A stretch of 64,000 nt of DNA, taken from positions 44,771,741 through 44,835,740 of the forward strand of contig CM041465.1 in the NCBI GenBank assembly GCA_023213395.1, given 5' to 3'. Of the stretch, positions 11,680-25,506 are shown piece by piece. The first letter of the stretch is position 1. Each line of letters opens with the position of its first letter. This stretch comes from Cycas panzhihuaensis (lineage: Eukaryota > Plantae > Cycadophyta). The translations under genes were made by a program, and so were the position numbers. Below the pieces are notes generated by a model that saw only the letters and a list, made by a program, of their open reading frames with translations, searched no databases and was not told where the DNA came from.

Positions 11680-13386
11680 AAGTTGGACCTCAAGACCATC
11701 TCTAAATTTTACAAAATTTTCTCTACCAAGAGGCTTGGTAAAGATATTTGTTGTCTACTCCTTTGTAGGTTTGTACTGGAGGTTGATCTCACCATTCTAC
11801 ACATGCTCTCTAATGAAGTGATGATGAACCTCGATGTGTTTGGTCCATGCATGAAAGACTGGATTCTTGGCCAACTTGAGCACACGTTGATTGTCACAAT
11901 ATATCCTGGCGAGTTGATCTTGCTCAAGTCCAAGCTCCCCAAGAATCCGTTGTAGCCAAATAGCTTCACAAGCTGCGCTGACAGTAGCTTTGTACTCTGC
12001 TTCAATGGAGGACAAGGTAACATTAGGTTGCTTCTTGCAACTCTACGAAACAACTCCTAAACCAAGGGTAAAATTGTAACCCGAGGTGGATCTCCTATTA
12101 TCTTAACAACCTGTCAAATTAGAATCTGAGAACCCTTCCAAGATGAAGTCTTCATTATGTGCATATTGAATGCCATGCTGCAATGCGTCTTTGATGTATT
12201 TGAGTATGCGTTTTGCTGCATTCCAATGTTTCTGATTGGATTGAGACATGTATCTAGAATAAATCCCAACTACAAATGAAATGTCCGGTCGAGTGTCGGT
12301 TAGATAAATGAGGCTACCAATAAACTGCTGGTAAAGAGTGGGATTTGCAGGTTCAACTTCCTCATTAAGAGTAAACTTTGGTTTATTTTCCATAGGCGTT
12401 GGTGCTAGTTTGCAGTCATGCATCCTGAACCACTGCAAAATGTCCTAAGAATATTTTGCTTGGAATATGAAAATATAGCTTGGTTGTTACCATACCTCAA
12501 AGTTTAGAAAATAATGTAGAAGTCTAAGATCTGTCATCTCAAAACTTCTTTTTAAATCATCCTAGAGAATCTGTATTATCTTAGTGTCATTATTAGTGAT
12601 CACTAAGTCATCAACATACAAGACAATAAAAATAGCATGGTCTTTCTCAACTTTGATGTACAAGTTAGGATATGATGTGGATTAATGAAATACCATATCT
12701 AAAAAAATAATCAATTTTTTAGTATCATGCACGCAGAGCTTGTTTCAAACCATACAAAGCCTTTTTTAGGCAACAAACCATGTGCTCTTTGTTTTGTACT
12801 TTGTAACCAGGAAGTTGCTCCAAATATACCTCTTCCTGAAGATCGCCATTAAGAAAGACGCTTTTCACGTCCATATGATAAGCTGGCCATTTGCATTGAG
12901 CAGCTAAGGCCAAGATGAGTCTGATGGTGTTTATATTAGCGATATGTGTAAAAGTCTCATCATAATCAATGCCTTCCTTTTGTTTGAAGCCCTTTGTAAC
13001 AAGTCGAGCCTTTTGGCGTTTAAGTGTAACATCAGAATGGAATTTGGTCTTATAGACCCATTTGCAACTGATTTCCTGTTTGTGCTTAGGCAATTCTACC
13101 AAATCCCATGTTCTATTATTTTCAATAGAATGAATTTCTTCATCCATGGCGGCTTTCCAATTGTCATTTTTAGATGTCTCCTCAAAGGTGGAAGGCTCAT
13201 CAACACAAAGCACTCCAGCCATAAGTGCATAATTGGGTTGTTGCCTATATTTTGATGGATGCTTTTCTTTAACAATCTGGCTGTCCTGAACAATCTGTGT
13301 ATACCATTCGGGCAATTTTTTTACTAATGTAACTTAAACCTCAATGTCTTTTGGTCTGAATGTTGGATCAATAGAAGATGTGCTAG
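11680..13386 (-). pseudogene. B reverse transcriptase and RNase H
   Basis: KARLVTKGFKQKEGIDYDETF, HMDVKSVFLNGDL, TRPDISF, EAEY, TKHIEVHHHFIRE. Confidence 0.93.
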
Positions 13387-14452
13387 TGATCCCAAAATAG
13401 AGCTTAATTGGTGAAGAAGTCAATTATCAACCTTTCTCCTTGAGATCCTGGGAGTTAGTGTAGAAATCCCAATAACATCAAAACAAAAATGAGCCCACAA
13501 AAGAAAATTCTACACCAAATCATTTATTCTTGACATTGCTCCAAAAGTATGAGGAGTAGTACTTTTATTAAACTATGAAAATCTCCATTTAATGGTGGAG
13601 AAATCAACTAGCAAAAGAATGGATAAATTACAAGGAATAAATGATACAATTATACCATAAGGGAGACTCCAACCCTCCAAAATGCTTTTCCAAGGATGCT
13701 TCCCAAGTCAAGTGCCTTTCACCTCCAAGAACTACCTCTCCAACCCGTAATAGGGCTCAATTTATAGAAAGAAACCCAAATTGCATGTTTAACAAGTGGC
13801 AATCATGCAAGTATAACCACTAACCACCAGAATGCATGTTGTCCAAGTGGCTTTCATGCAATTCTTAAAAGTTGCAGCTTGTAACTGACCTTAACGGACT
13901 CCAATTCGGCTCAAATTTGGTACACATATAGGAACGCATGTCCCCTCCGCTTTTTCAAAATTTTAGCTTATTTGGATGTCATTTGACCGCATTTTTATTC
14001 ATTTAATGATAATATGTATTTGTTGTTTTTCTGTTAGCTGTGGGATTAATTTAATGCAAAATAAGGCTTGAAATTGCGACTTGTAACTGACCTTAACGGA
14101 CTCCAATTCGGCTCAAATTTGGTACACGTATAGGAACGTATGTCTGCTCCGCTTCTTCAAAATTTTAGCTCATTTGGATGTCATTTGACCACATTTTTAT
14201 TCATTTAATAATAATATGTATTTGTTGTTTTTCTGCTAGCTGTGGGATTAATTTTATGCAAAACAAGGCTTGAACTCTAATTAAATGATATTTTCTGAAC
14301 CCCACCTTTTGTACACATGTAGTGGGATGTGTCTTCTACCTTTACACAAAATTTCATATAATTTTGATACCATTTGGCCATATCTCTTTCAGTTATGCCA
14401 ATGCCTAGTATTTTCTGCATCCTATAAATATATGATAGATCCTCTTGAATCA
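13387..14452 (-). repeat. C 3' LTR with internal ~202-bp tandem duplication
   Basis: TGATCC...ATCA termini; units ~13871-14072 and ~14073-14274. Confidence 0.95.
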
Positions 14453-14496
14453 TGGCTCCCCTTCCTTGGAAAACAAAACTCCAGTTTGGCTTAGAA

Positions 14497-17400
14497 TTAG
14501 AGATGGGGGAAGTGTTGTTCCCCTTGTTGCCTACTAAACCACTTGGCCTTACTAGGCAATTGTCCTGCTACTCCAATCCTGAAAGATTCATGTGTCTTAT
14601 CTCTTGTTTTGGTAGATTTTCTCTTCAAGATACAATCTTCCTTGAGAGGCTCCTCACTTTTCAAATACAAGTCATCAACTGAAGGTAAAGTGAACTGGTC
14701 CTGTTCCTCATCTAGCATGGAGGGCTCAAAGAGTTTTAAGTATTCAACATTTATTACTGAATATATTTGCATATAAGGTGGAAGATCAAGTTGGAAAGCA
14801 TTGCCACCTACTTTTCTCAAAATCTTGAATGGTCCATACCTTATAGGTTTGAGTTTCTTGCCTTCTCCTTTTAACCTCTCCTTGCTCAAGTATAACCATA
14901 CTAAATCTCCTTCTTGAAAAGTACACTCTTGCCTATGCTTGTCATGTCTTTCCTTGTACTTTTGTTGAGTCCTTAGAAGTTGATCATGTACTTCTTTGTG
15001 GACTCTGGATCTTCTCAAGTATCTTAAAGCCTTGTCATGCTCCTCCTTCTCTTTGACGGATCCTTCCTTAGCTTGCATGGAAAACTCTAAGTCAAATGGA
15101 CTTTGAGGCAAGTATCCCAAACAAACTTCAAAAGGTGCTTTAGAGTGTGATGCATGCATTGCTCTATTAAATGCAAATTGTAGAAAAGCCAATGATTCAT
15201 CCCAAGTCTTTGGATGCTTGGAATTGTATCCCCTCAATAAATGTACCAAAGTTCTGTTCACTACTTCGGTTTGTCCATCTGTTTAAGGATGGAAACTTGT
15301 ACTCCTCTTCAATTTGGTATCCATCATCTCCCATAGTGACTTCCAAAATGACGAAAGGAATCGAGTGTTCCGATCTGAAATGATGGAAGAAGGCAAGCCA
15401 AAATTCTTCCACACATGCTCAAAGAATAACTCAGCTGCTCCTGTTCCTGTGATTGTCTTCTTACAAGGTATTAGACATATCATTTTACTGAACCTATCTA
15501 CAACAACAAAGAGATAATCATGTCCCTTCCTAGTCATGGGAAGTCCCCCTAAGAAATCAATGGAGATACTTTTCCAAGGTCTAGTGGGAAAAGGAAGTGG
15601 TGTATACAATCCTAATTTTCTAGAAAAAGGCTTAGAAGTATTACACATTACACATCCTTTTACATATTTTTTTACATCATTTTGCATTTTTGGCCATACA
15701 ACATATCTTCTCAAATTTGCTAAAGTCTTCTCTATACCAAAGTGACCAGCTACTTTAGAAGTATGGGCTTCTCTAAGCCACTTGATCTTGTCTCATTTTG
15801 ATGGAACATAGAGCTGCTCCCCTTTGAAAAGTAGACCATCCTTCCAAGCAAGCTGGGAAGGTCTTCCTTTCGCTAGGTTCTTTAATTCTTTCTTCAAAGC
15901 TTCATCTTCATGGTACAAGTCTTTGTACTCTTCATGATGCATTGGCTCCACCTGCAAACTCATAAGAGAACTACAAACAAAAGTAGAAGAAGAAGTGGAA
16001 CAAGGTGGTCTAGATAACATATCAACAATTTTGTTAGTAGATCCCATTTTGTACTTAATTACAATATTGAATTGTTGTAAATAACTCATCCACTTCATGT
16101 GTCTTGCTTGCTGTAATTTACTTTGGGTTTGTAAAAATTGAAGAGGCTTATGATCGGTATGAACTACAACCTCTTTTCCAAGTAAGTAGGACCTTCAATG
16201 CTTGCATGCTTGATGATGTGTGAATATTTCTCGATCATATGTTGGGTAGTTTTTCACTTGAGGGGTGAAGACTTCCGAATGGTAAGCAATAGGCTTCCCA
16301 TCTTGAATAAGGACAACTCCCATCGCATTTCCACTTGCATCAGCTTCTACTTCAAAAGGCCTTTGCAAATTTGGCATTGCCAAAACCGGTGCTTCACAAA
16401 TTTTCTTCTTAAAAAAAAGAAAAGCTTCTTCCTCCTTAGAACCCCAAGTAAACTTTTTACTACTTTTTGTCAATCCATGTAGAGGTGTTGCAACCTGTGA
16501 GAAATGAAGAATAAACTTTCTCAAGTATTGACAAGCTCTTAAAAAACTTCTCACCTCTGTGATGTTTGTTGGCCTAGGCCATTTGAGAATGTCTTGAGTC
16601 TTGAGTGGATCGAGGCTCAACTTTCCTCCTCCAACCACAAAGCCTAAGAAGATCAAGTTCTCCTTGCCAAATTCAAAGCTTCAAATGATGCTTAGCCATA
16701 GTCTTTAAAACTTCTTCTATGTGCTGCAAATGTTCTTCCCATGTGTTGCTGAAAATCAAAATGTTATCAAGATAGACAACAACAAAATTATCCAAGTAAG
16801 CCCTTAACATTTTATTCATTAACCTCATGAATGTTGCAGGAGCATTACACAATCCGAAAGGCATAACCATCCATTCAAAGAGTCCTTGCTTTGTTTTGAA
16901 GGCCGTCTTCCATATGTCCTCCTCCTTGACCCTAACTTGGTGATAACCGTTTTTCAAATCCAACTTAGTAAAATAACAAGCATGCTGAATTTGATCAAGC
17001 AAATTATCTATGCGAGGCAAAGGGTAGCGATTTTTAATTGTAATTTTATTCAAAGTACGAAAGTCTATACACATTCTCCATCCTCCATCCTTCTTAGGCA
17101 CTAAGACAATGGGTGACCCACAAGATGAACATGAAGGTCTTATGACCCCTTGATCAAGCAACTCCTCAACTTGCCTCTTTATCTCATTATTCTCTACAAT
17201 GGAGTGCCTATACAAAGCAACATTAGGCAATGGTGCATCTCTTACAAGAGTGATTTCATGCTCTATCTTTCTCTTTGGTGGTAGCCCATCAACATGTTGA
17301 AATAGAATATCATACCTTGTCTTTAACTCCTCAATTTGTTGCATTTGTTTAGGTGATATAAGAAGAGTGTGAGTAGAAGGACCTTCTTCATCTCCTGGCT

Positions 17401-18910
17401 CTTCTTTCCTCCTTACCATTAAGATGATGAATTTACCACATGCATTGATCATCCTTTTTGCTTGAGTGGCTGAAATTAATGTTATCTTATCCAAGTGCTT
17501 CTTTGTAGCCTTTATGATGAAGCCCTTGTTATCCTTCATCAACCGATACTTTCTCTCCCTTCGATAGAAGAGTGCATCTCAATCCCACAAGTAGGGACTC
17601 CCAAGCACAACATGGCATACATCTAATGGCACCACATCAGATATTACTTCATCAACAAAATCATTAGTGATGGAAAATTTAAGTGTACATTGCTTTGGTA
17701 TTTGCATTTCCACATTTTTATGGATCCAACCAAGAGGATATGGGTGAGGGTGAGTAGTAGTTACCAACCCAATGCTCTTTACCAAACTTTCTGAGATCAA
17801 ATTCTTTTGGCTCCCCGGATCTATAATGGCACCAATAATATCATTTCCTACTTGAAGCTTCAAGTGAAATAGTTCCTCCCTTGTAGCATCATCTCCTCTT
17901 CTCCTTCACTTTGAATCTCCACCTCAGAAAGTAGTGCTTTCCCTTTCTCCTTCTTTCTTAATTCCATATCCTTGATATGCTTTGGCTTTAGCTCTGGATG
18001 TAACTTCCAACACTTTGCTGCAATATGACCACTAATATCACAATGCTCACAATAGTTAGAACTTTTAACAAAATTAGTTCTTTTCTTCTTTCCTTCTTGC
18101 CTTTTAGATGAGTGCAATTTAGGATTCTTTTCATACTTATTAGAAGTAAAAGTAGAATCTTTAGACATGAATGTAGGCTTCTTGCTTTTACTTTCTATTG
18201 CCATAGCCATTCTACTTGCTTCTCTAATGGATTGAACCTTAAAAAGCCTTAGTTCCTTTCTTATGTATTCATGTAATCCTCCAATGAATTTCATAAGAGT
18301 GATATGTTCATCCATATTAATACCAAGTAGCATGCCGTGCCTAAAAAATAAAGAAGTATAGTCTTGGACACATACACCTCTCCCTTGGCGTAAATATTGC
18401 CAAGTGACCTATTGGTCTTCCTCATGACCTATGGAGTAGTATTGCTTCTTTATTATTTTCTTAAAATCCATCCATGAAAAAGAAGATACATCATGAGTCT
18501 TCAAATATGCATTCCACCATGTCAATGCATGTTTACACAACTTGAGCCTAGCAAATGAAAGCTTTTGAGCATTACTATAAGCATAAATTGTGAAGTAGGT
18601 TTTAAGTTGATCCAACCAATGGTCCAACTTTTCAAAGATTTACCTCTCCATCATAAGTTGGAATATCCAACTTTGCCTCCACCTTGAAGGGTTGATGAGA
18701 TGAAGTACCCTTGCTTTCTTCAAATGAGTGCTTTAAGGTTTCCTCCTCTTCCTCTTCATGGTTGTGGTCATATGTGGATCCTCCTTCAACTTCCTTCTCT
18801 TTGCCTTTTCCCTTGACTAGAGGTAGAAGTTGGGTCATCATTTGCATCAAGACTTCTACGTTCTTTTCAAGTTTTTCAAATCTAATTTCTCCATCTTCTT
18901 TTTTAGCCAT
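14497..18910 (-). pseudogene. C gag-pol, nearly intact but with several stops and frameshifts
   Basis: CEHCDISGHIAAKC, IIDPGSQKNLI..HPHPYPLGW, WRMCIDFR, VYLDNILIFS (YLDD to YLDN), EADASG, VVVDRFSKM, RYGPFKI. Confidence 0.95.
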
Positions 18911-19043
18911 GGTGCTTGGATTCTTTCTTTGTCTTCTTGGTGATTGCAACACAAGAAAAGCTTCACCTTTCTCTTTGTATCATTTCCTTGTTTGTACCAT
19001 TCAAGTTCCTACAACAAAGATCACATGCTCTGATACCAAAATA

Positions 19044-20110
19044 TGATCCTAAAATAGAGTTTAATTGGTGAAGAAGTCAATTATCAACCTTTTCTCCTTG
19101 AGATCTTGGGAGTTAGTGTAGAAATCTCAATAACATCAAAACAAAAATGAGCCCACAAAAAGAAATTCTACACCAAATCATTTATTCTTGACATTGTTCC
19201 AAAAGTATGAGGAGTAGTACTTTTATTAAACTATGAAAATCTCTATTTAATGGTGGAGAAATCAACTAGCAAAAGAATGGATAAATTACAAGGAATAAAT
19301 GATACAATTATACCATAAGGGGGACTCCAACCCTCCAAAATGCTTCTCCAGGGATGCTTCCCAAGTCAAGTGCCTTTTACCTCCAAGAACTACCTCTTCA
19401 ACCCGTAATAAGGCTCAATTTATAGAAAGAAACCCAAATTGCATGTTTAACAAGTGACAATCATGCAAGTATAACCACTAACCACCAGAATGCATGTTGT
19501 CCAAATGGCCTTCATGCAATTCTTAAAAGTTGCGGCTTGTAACTGACCTTAACGGACTCAAATTCAGCTCAAATTTGGTACACGTATAGGAACGCATGTC
19601 CCATCCGCTTCCTCAAAATTTTAGCTCATTTGGATGTCATTTGACTGCATTTTTATTCATTTAATGATAATATGTATTTGTTGTTTTTCTGCTAGCTGTG
19701 GGATGAATTTAATGCAAAATAAGGCTTGAAATTGCGGCTTGTAACTAACCTTAACAGACTCCAATTTGGCTCAAATTTGGTACACGTATAGGAACGCATG
19801 TCCCCTCCGCTTCCTCAAAATTTTAGCTCATTTGGATGTCATTTGATCGCATTTTTATTCATTTAATGATAATATGTATTTGTTGCTTTTCTGCTAGCTG
19901 TGGGATTAATTTTATGCAAAACAAGGCTTGAACTATAATCAAATGATATTTTCTGAACCCCGCCTTTTGTACACATGTAGTGGGATGTGTCTTCTACCTT
20001 TACACAAAATTTCATCTAATTTTGATACCATTTGGCCATATCTCTTTCAGTTATGCCAATGCTTAGCATTTTTTGCATCCTGTAAACATATGGTAGATCC
20101 TCCTGGATCA
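19044..20110 (-). repeat. C 5' LTR with the same internal duplication
   Basis: Pairs with 13387-14452; units ~19529-19730 and ~19731-19932. Confidence 0.95.
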
Positions 20111-20115
20111 GCTAG

Positions 20116-22505
20116 GATCAAGTGGAGTAGTATCTGATGATGTGGACGGTCCAACTGGTGCAAATGATGTACATGATATGGAAGATTGAGAGGGGAGAAA
20201 AGCCTTAATAATCTTTTTGCCTTTGTCAAGAGGAGGTTGGATGGATGCAGATTCCAACTCCTTATGTTTTTCTTCAGCGAAGATTACATCTCTTGAGAGA
20301 TGCATTTTTTTCCCAATAGGATCATACAACTTGTAAGCTTTGCTATGAGTGGTATAGTCTACAAAAATGCATTTTAGACTATGTTTGTCTAACTTAAATC
20401 TTTGTTGAACGGGGATGTGCATGTATGCAGTGCACCGAAATGTCCTTAAGTGATTGATGGTAGGCTTTTTGACAGGCTAAGCTTCTTCTGGTGTGATGTC
20501 GGTGACTGCTGAAGTAGGACTTCGATTTGCCACATAAGCAACTGTGTGGAATGCTTCTAACTAATATGCTCGTGTGAGTTCTTTTGCATGCATCATAGCT
20601 TTGGCTTTATTTGTCAAAGTTCTGTTCATTCGTTTGGAGACTCCGTTTTATTGAGAAGTATGTAGAATAGTGAGTTGTCTCCAAATGTCGTTATCTTTGC
20701 AGAATTGAGTGAATTCACCTCCATTATCTGACCTTAGAATTTTGATTGTATAGATAGATTTATTCTCTACTTCAAGCTTGAATTCTTTAAACTTCTGCAA
20801 TGCTTCAGATTTTTGTTTGAGGAAGTAAACTCAAACTTTATGAGAGAAATCATTTATGAAGGAGATGTAGTACAATGCTCCTCCAAAAGATGTTGTGGAC
20901 ATAAGTCCACATAAATAAGAATGTATCAACCGCAAAGGATACGATGCACACCATGCTTTGCCTTTAGAGAAAGGCAATCGATGTTGTGTCTCCATTATAC
21001 ATGCTTCACAAAGACATTCTAAACCATATAGCTTTAGAAGCCCATGCACCATGTTCTTATTTATCATCAACTTGATAGTGTCTAAACTCAAGTGGCCTAG
21101 ATAATGATGCCAAAGTTGCATCTTTGTTGATAATTGCGTGACAAAGTAAGCAAAATCAAGAGTTATATTATTTGCATCCAACTTATAAAGGCCATGGTCT
21201 TCATGACCAATGGCTACAACCTGATCATGCTCGTGACTGATGACATATTTTCCATTTTTAAACAAAATGGTTATCTGTTGCATGTCCAATTGGTTAACAG
21301 ATAGCATACTCTTCTTCATGGAAGGGATAAAGTAGGCATCACCATTGGGGAATGTTGAAGAAGGATTTGAAGAAGAATGAAATGAGACAACTTTGCCTAT
21401 ACTAGAAATCTGCATTGATTCATTGTTGCCAAAAGTCACTGATTTACCATTTCCTTCTTTGATGTCATAGAGGAGTTTTTCACTCCCAGTCATGTGACGT
21501 GATGTCCTTGAGTCGATGATCCAAATTTGATCAACATTAGTTGTGTGATAAGCACAAAGTAGCTTATCCTCATTTACAAACTGATTTGTGTGGTGTTGAT
21601 TGCCACCTTTGAAACCCCTTCCTTCCTCTTTGATCTCCTCGATATGCACCTCGAGTTGGTCGATGGGGATCTTCTTTCTTTGAAACCGGCCATCTTGTTG
21701 GAACTGTTGACAAGGTTGTTGTTGCCTCTGATGCTGCTGATGTGTACGTTGAAGGTCGACTTTCTTCTTTTGCCAATCAGAAGTTATGTGGCCAACTTTG
21801 CCACAATAATGACAAATGACATTGGCTTTTGAGGTGCCAATGTTCATATTCCCAAACTGTTTTGTGAGTGAAGGCTTGGGATTTTGCTTAGCTTTCTTTG
21901 TTATAAATTTACTCCTCTTGAAGTAACAAACTTTCAAGTTGGTTGAAAGACATGCCTGAAAGTGAGTTATTTCGTGTAACAGATGAGATGAAACCATTAA
22001 AATCTTTAGGCAAAGCTCGAATATTGGTTGTTACAAGCTCATCTCTAGAAGCAGGTTTGCCTAAAGTGTTTAATTCATTACATATTTCTTTGATAGAAGT
22101 AAGAAATGTCGATATAGGCTTTACATCTTTTATAGAATTAAGTTTTACTTTCACCAACAAAATGCAAGCTTCATCTCGCCTTTCATATAAATAGGATAAA
22201 ATGTCCCAAGCTTTTTTAGATGTTTCAGCATTCACAATATTTTGATCAACATTAACATTAATGACCATATGTAAAAATGTCAAGGCTATTTCATCCTTGG
22301 CCTCCCAAGTAGCAATATAATCAACATCAGGATCAACAACACCACCATCAATCTCCATATGTACATTTAAAGGAATTCTACTAGAAACATAGCCCCAAAG
22401 TTCATTCATCTTTAAGAGGTTTTACGTTTGTCTCTTCTAATCTTGACAGTTCTCTTGACCTACTAATTTGATTGTGCATTCATTAAGCATGTTTAGAGTA
22501 GCCAT
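20116..22505 (-). pseudogene. B gag, protease and integrase
   Basis: Likely ATG at 22505; CHYCGKVGHITSD knuckle, Q-rich tract, WIIDSRTSRHM, LWHHYLGH, FINDFSHKV. Confidence 0.92.
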
Positions 22506-25146
22506 GTTAAAGTTGTAAAGAGCTTGAAACTAGCAGATGACTTGAAAATTCAATGTTTTTGTCGCTTAAGTTCCACCTTCTAACAAAACCAACAATCCTA
22601 ATCTTAGTAGAAGATCCAACAATTGAATGAAGTGATGAGAGGTGGAGGACTAGGCAAAAGTGTTGGTCCAACCCTGATCTATAGAAGAGATCTAACAATT
22701 GATTAAGCCAAATCTAGGACAAGGCAGGTAGGGTTGATTTATATAGACGTACTATACTTTCTTTGGGATTCACAGCCCCAATAACACCCTTTTCGAACAT
22801 CTTTTTCCTCAAGCTACCTTAATTGTCGTGTACTGACTGTACGGTCAGTTGGTTCCCTAGGAAATGCACCAAGCTTAAGGTTATTTTAGAGGCAAGCTTT
22901 GAACCTTTTTCGGGTCTCTCCAACAAGATTTTAAAAGTCACTTTTAAGAGGATTAAAGTGAAATTATGATTAATTTTACTTGAATGATATACTTATGAAA
23001 AATGCTTGAACAAGCTTACAATGAGAAGACTTCAAAGGAAGCAACTTAGTACATCAAAAGAACACTTAGAAGTGTTGTTACAAAAACACTTTATAGAGTG
23101 AAAAAGTGCTAAACAAATCTAAGTAAAAAATGCTTGAGTACAATGTGTTTTGAGAAGGAAATAAGCACTTGAAGGATCAAGAAAATGCTAAGTATTCAAA
23201 AGAATGCGATGCCTTGTGATAAAGGTATAAGTGGGTTCCTTTTAATGCTCAAGCTTTGGAGAGATAGAAGACCACTTTGCGAAATAAAGACACTAAGTAG
23301 CAAGTGTTGGGATTTTAAAATAGTCCCAATGATAAAAAAAAGTAAAGTGATTTTATTAAAAGAAAGTGTTCTTGAGCCATTTTTGTGACTTAAGGCAATA
23401 GGTCACCATGCAAGGTGCTTTAGAGAAAATGTTGAGATAGTGATAAATATCACTTTTACAAAGTAGTAACACTTTAAAAATCACTTCAACAAAGTTTTTT
23501 AACACTTGTACAACATCAAATAAGTGTTAAAGAAAGCTTGAAATGTCAAAACAAAAGCTGAAATTTTATCTTTATGTGACTTGAGTAACAAGGACATCTC
23601 GTAGGAAGCCTTAGGAAGCACTTTAAGGCAAGTGTTTTTAGTCTTCAATGATGAGAAAATGACTAAACAATAGCCATTTAATAAAGTCCCTATGTATCAA
23701 TGAAGAATTTTGATCTTTAAGGGGACTTTAAAAGTGAAAAAAAGAAAATTTCCTTATAAAAATATAAGCATTAAGTCACCATGTAAGTTGCCTTTAGTAA
23801 AAATGCTTAAAAAAGATGAAAAAATTCACTTTTTAATGGAAATAATCATTAAAAAACACTTATTTTAGTCTTTTTAACACTAAAGCAGAATTATTAGTGT
23901 TAAAAAACTAAAAAACAATTGAAAATGACTAAACTTTGGCTTAAAAAAAGAGATTTTAAGTGATTAAAAATCATTTAACAACTAAACTTTAGAACTTTTA
24001 GAATATGCAAAAGAGAATATTCAAAGAATATTCTAAATAACATAAAGTAATGTTATATTTCTAAAGTTTAAAAAATCAAAATTTTTCAAAAACAATAAAT
24101 GGAATTTGGTCGCGTCGCCACCTGCGCGTCTCCTGATGACTCAGAGTGATTGAACTCCCTCTACAGTACGCCAATCCAGATGAAAATTCAGGGGTGTCTT
24201 TGCAATGTAGCGATAGAGGTCCAATTCGAATTTCAGAAGCTAAGACGAAGCACATAGATAAAGCGAAATGCAAATACTTTCAGTTGGGCGCATGGGCCGT
24301 GGAGTTGGAAATCAGCGGTACGACCACTAAGAGAGATCTTTCTTCACTACAATTTGATCGTAGGACCCACTGAGGAATACAGATATTTTCTAGTGAAGCA
24401 AATCTTCAGTTTTGAGAGTAGCACGAGTGTTTATGTTGAAGAAGCTAATGTTTTATCTAGGGTTAGGATGTGTTCCTAAAGTATTTAATTGAGGGTCCTC
24501 AACCCTTCTCCTCCCCTCTCTTAGGGTGACAAGTGGCACAATCCTGTTGAGCGTTTGTTATTTGTACGTTCTCGACAATTGTATATATACAATCAAATAA
24601 TTGATCAATAAAGTTAAGAGCATTCATCAATTGTTATATTGAACTTTTGGCATGGTATCAGAGCAGGTCATTGGGTCCTCTTGTCTCTAAGAGAGTTAAG
24701 CCAGGGTTTCTCTGAAGAAGAAAGCTTGAATCAAGTCATTGTCAAAGAACATTCTTTTCTGAAGGTCAAATTCATTCAAAGCAAACGTCAAGCTAGTTTT
24801 GAAGGAGATTGTACGGAAGTGTATGGCCTTATATGGACACCAAATTCAAAGTCCTCAGAATTTGATGAAACTTACCCAGATTGTAGATCGGGCCCTCCTC
24901 GACACATTTCTTCTCTAGAGTGATATCATTTGAAGTCGTTTTGGTGCAGTTTTGACCAGTCACAAGGATGCGCGGGTTTGTGGCTTCTCCTCTTCAAAAA
25001 TCTTCAAAATTCTCTCCAAAATCGCTGATTCAAGGTGTTGAAAACTCCTATCATTTTTTATTGATAGTGTTAAGCCCATCTTTCAAGAGATTTGATTTAA
25101 ATTTTCAAAGATTTTTCTCTATTTTCTCTAAAACCCTTGGTGCGGA

Positions 25147-25420
25147 TTTTCACCTTCTTGTTGTCGTATCTCTCAAACCTGAGACAGTTTTAAGATAGTA
25201 AACACATTTTTGGATACCCATTTGTGAGTACTTCAGTTTGGGACCGTCCCTTTTTTTGTCCATACACTTTGGGTTCTGCACATGTTTTCACCTTCTTGCT
25301 GTCATATCTCTCATACCTGAGACAATTTTAAGATAATAAACACATTTTTGGATACCCATTTGTGAGTACTTCAGTTTGGGACCATCATTCGTCTTGTTCG
25401 TACACTTTGGGTTCCGTACG
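25147..25420. repeat. ~138-bp tandem duplication in D 5' UTR
   Basis: Two copies of TTTTCACCTTCTTG...GGATACCCATTTGTGAGTACTTCAGTTTGGGACC...ACACTTTGGGTTC. Confidence 0.9.
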
Positions 25421-25506
25421 GAATTTCATACAACCATCTACACATTTGTCCTTGTAGCCTCCTATCATTAAATCTAACCTTTTCAACAGTCAATTCACAA
25501 ATAATT

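Larger units (their letters stand above)
13387..20110 (-). mobile_element. Element C: full-length Ty3/gypsy (CRM-like chromovirus) nested in B; youngest element by LTR identity
   Basis: LTRs 13387-14452 and 19044-20110 (~96%); TSD GCTAG at 13382-13386 and 20111-20115; PBS rc 19027-19038; PPT rc from 14453. Confidence 0.96.

Noticed and set aside
14285-14494. ORF repeated at 19928-20137
   Set aside because: Both lie in the paired LTRs of C
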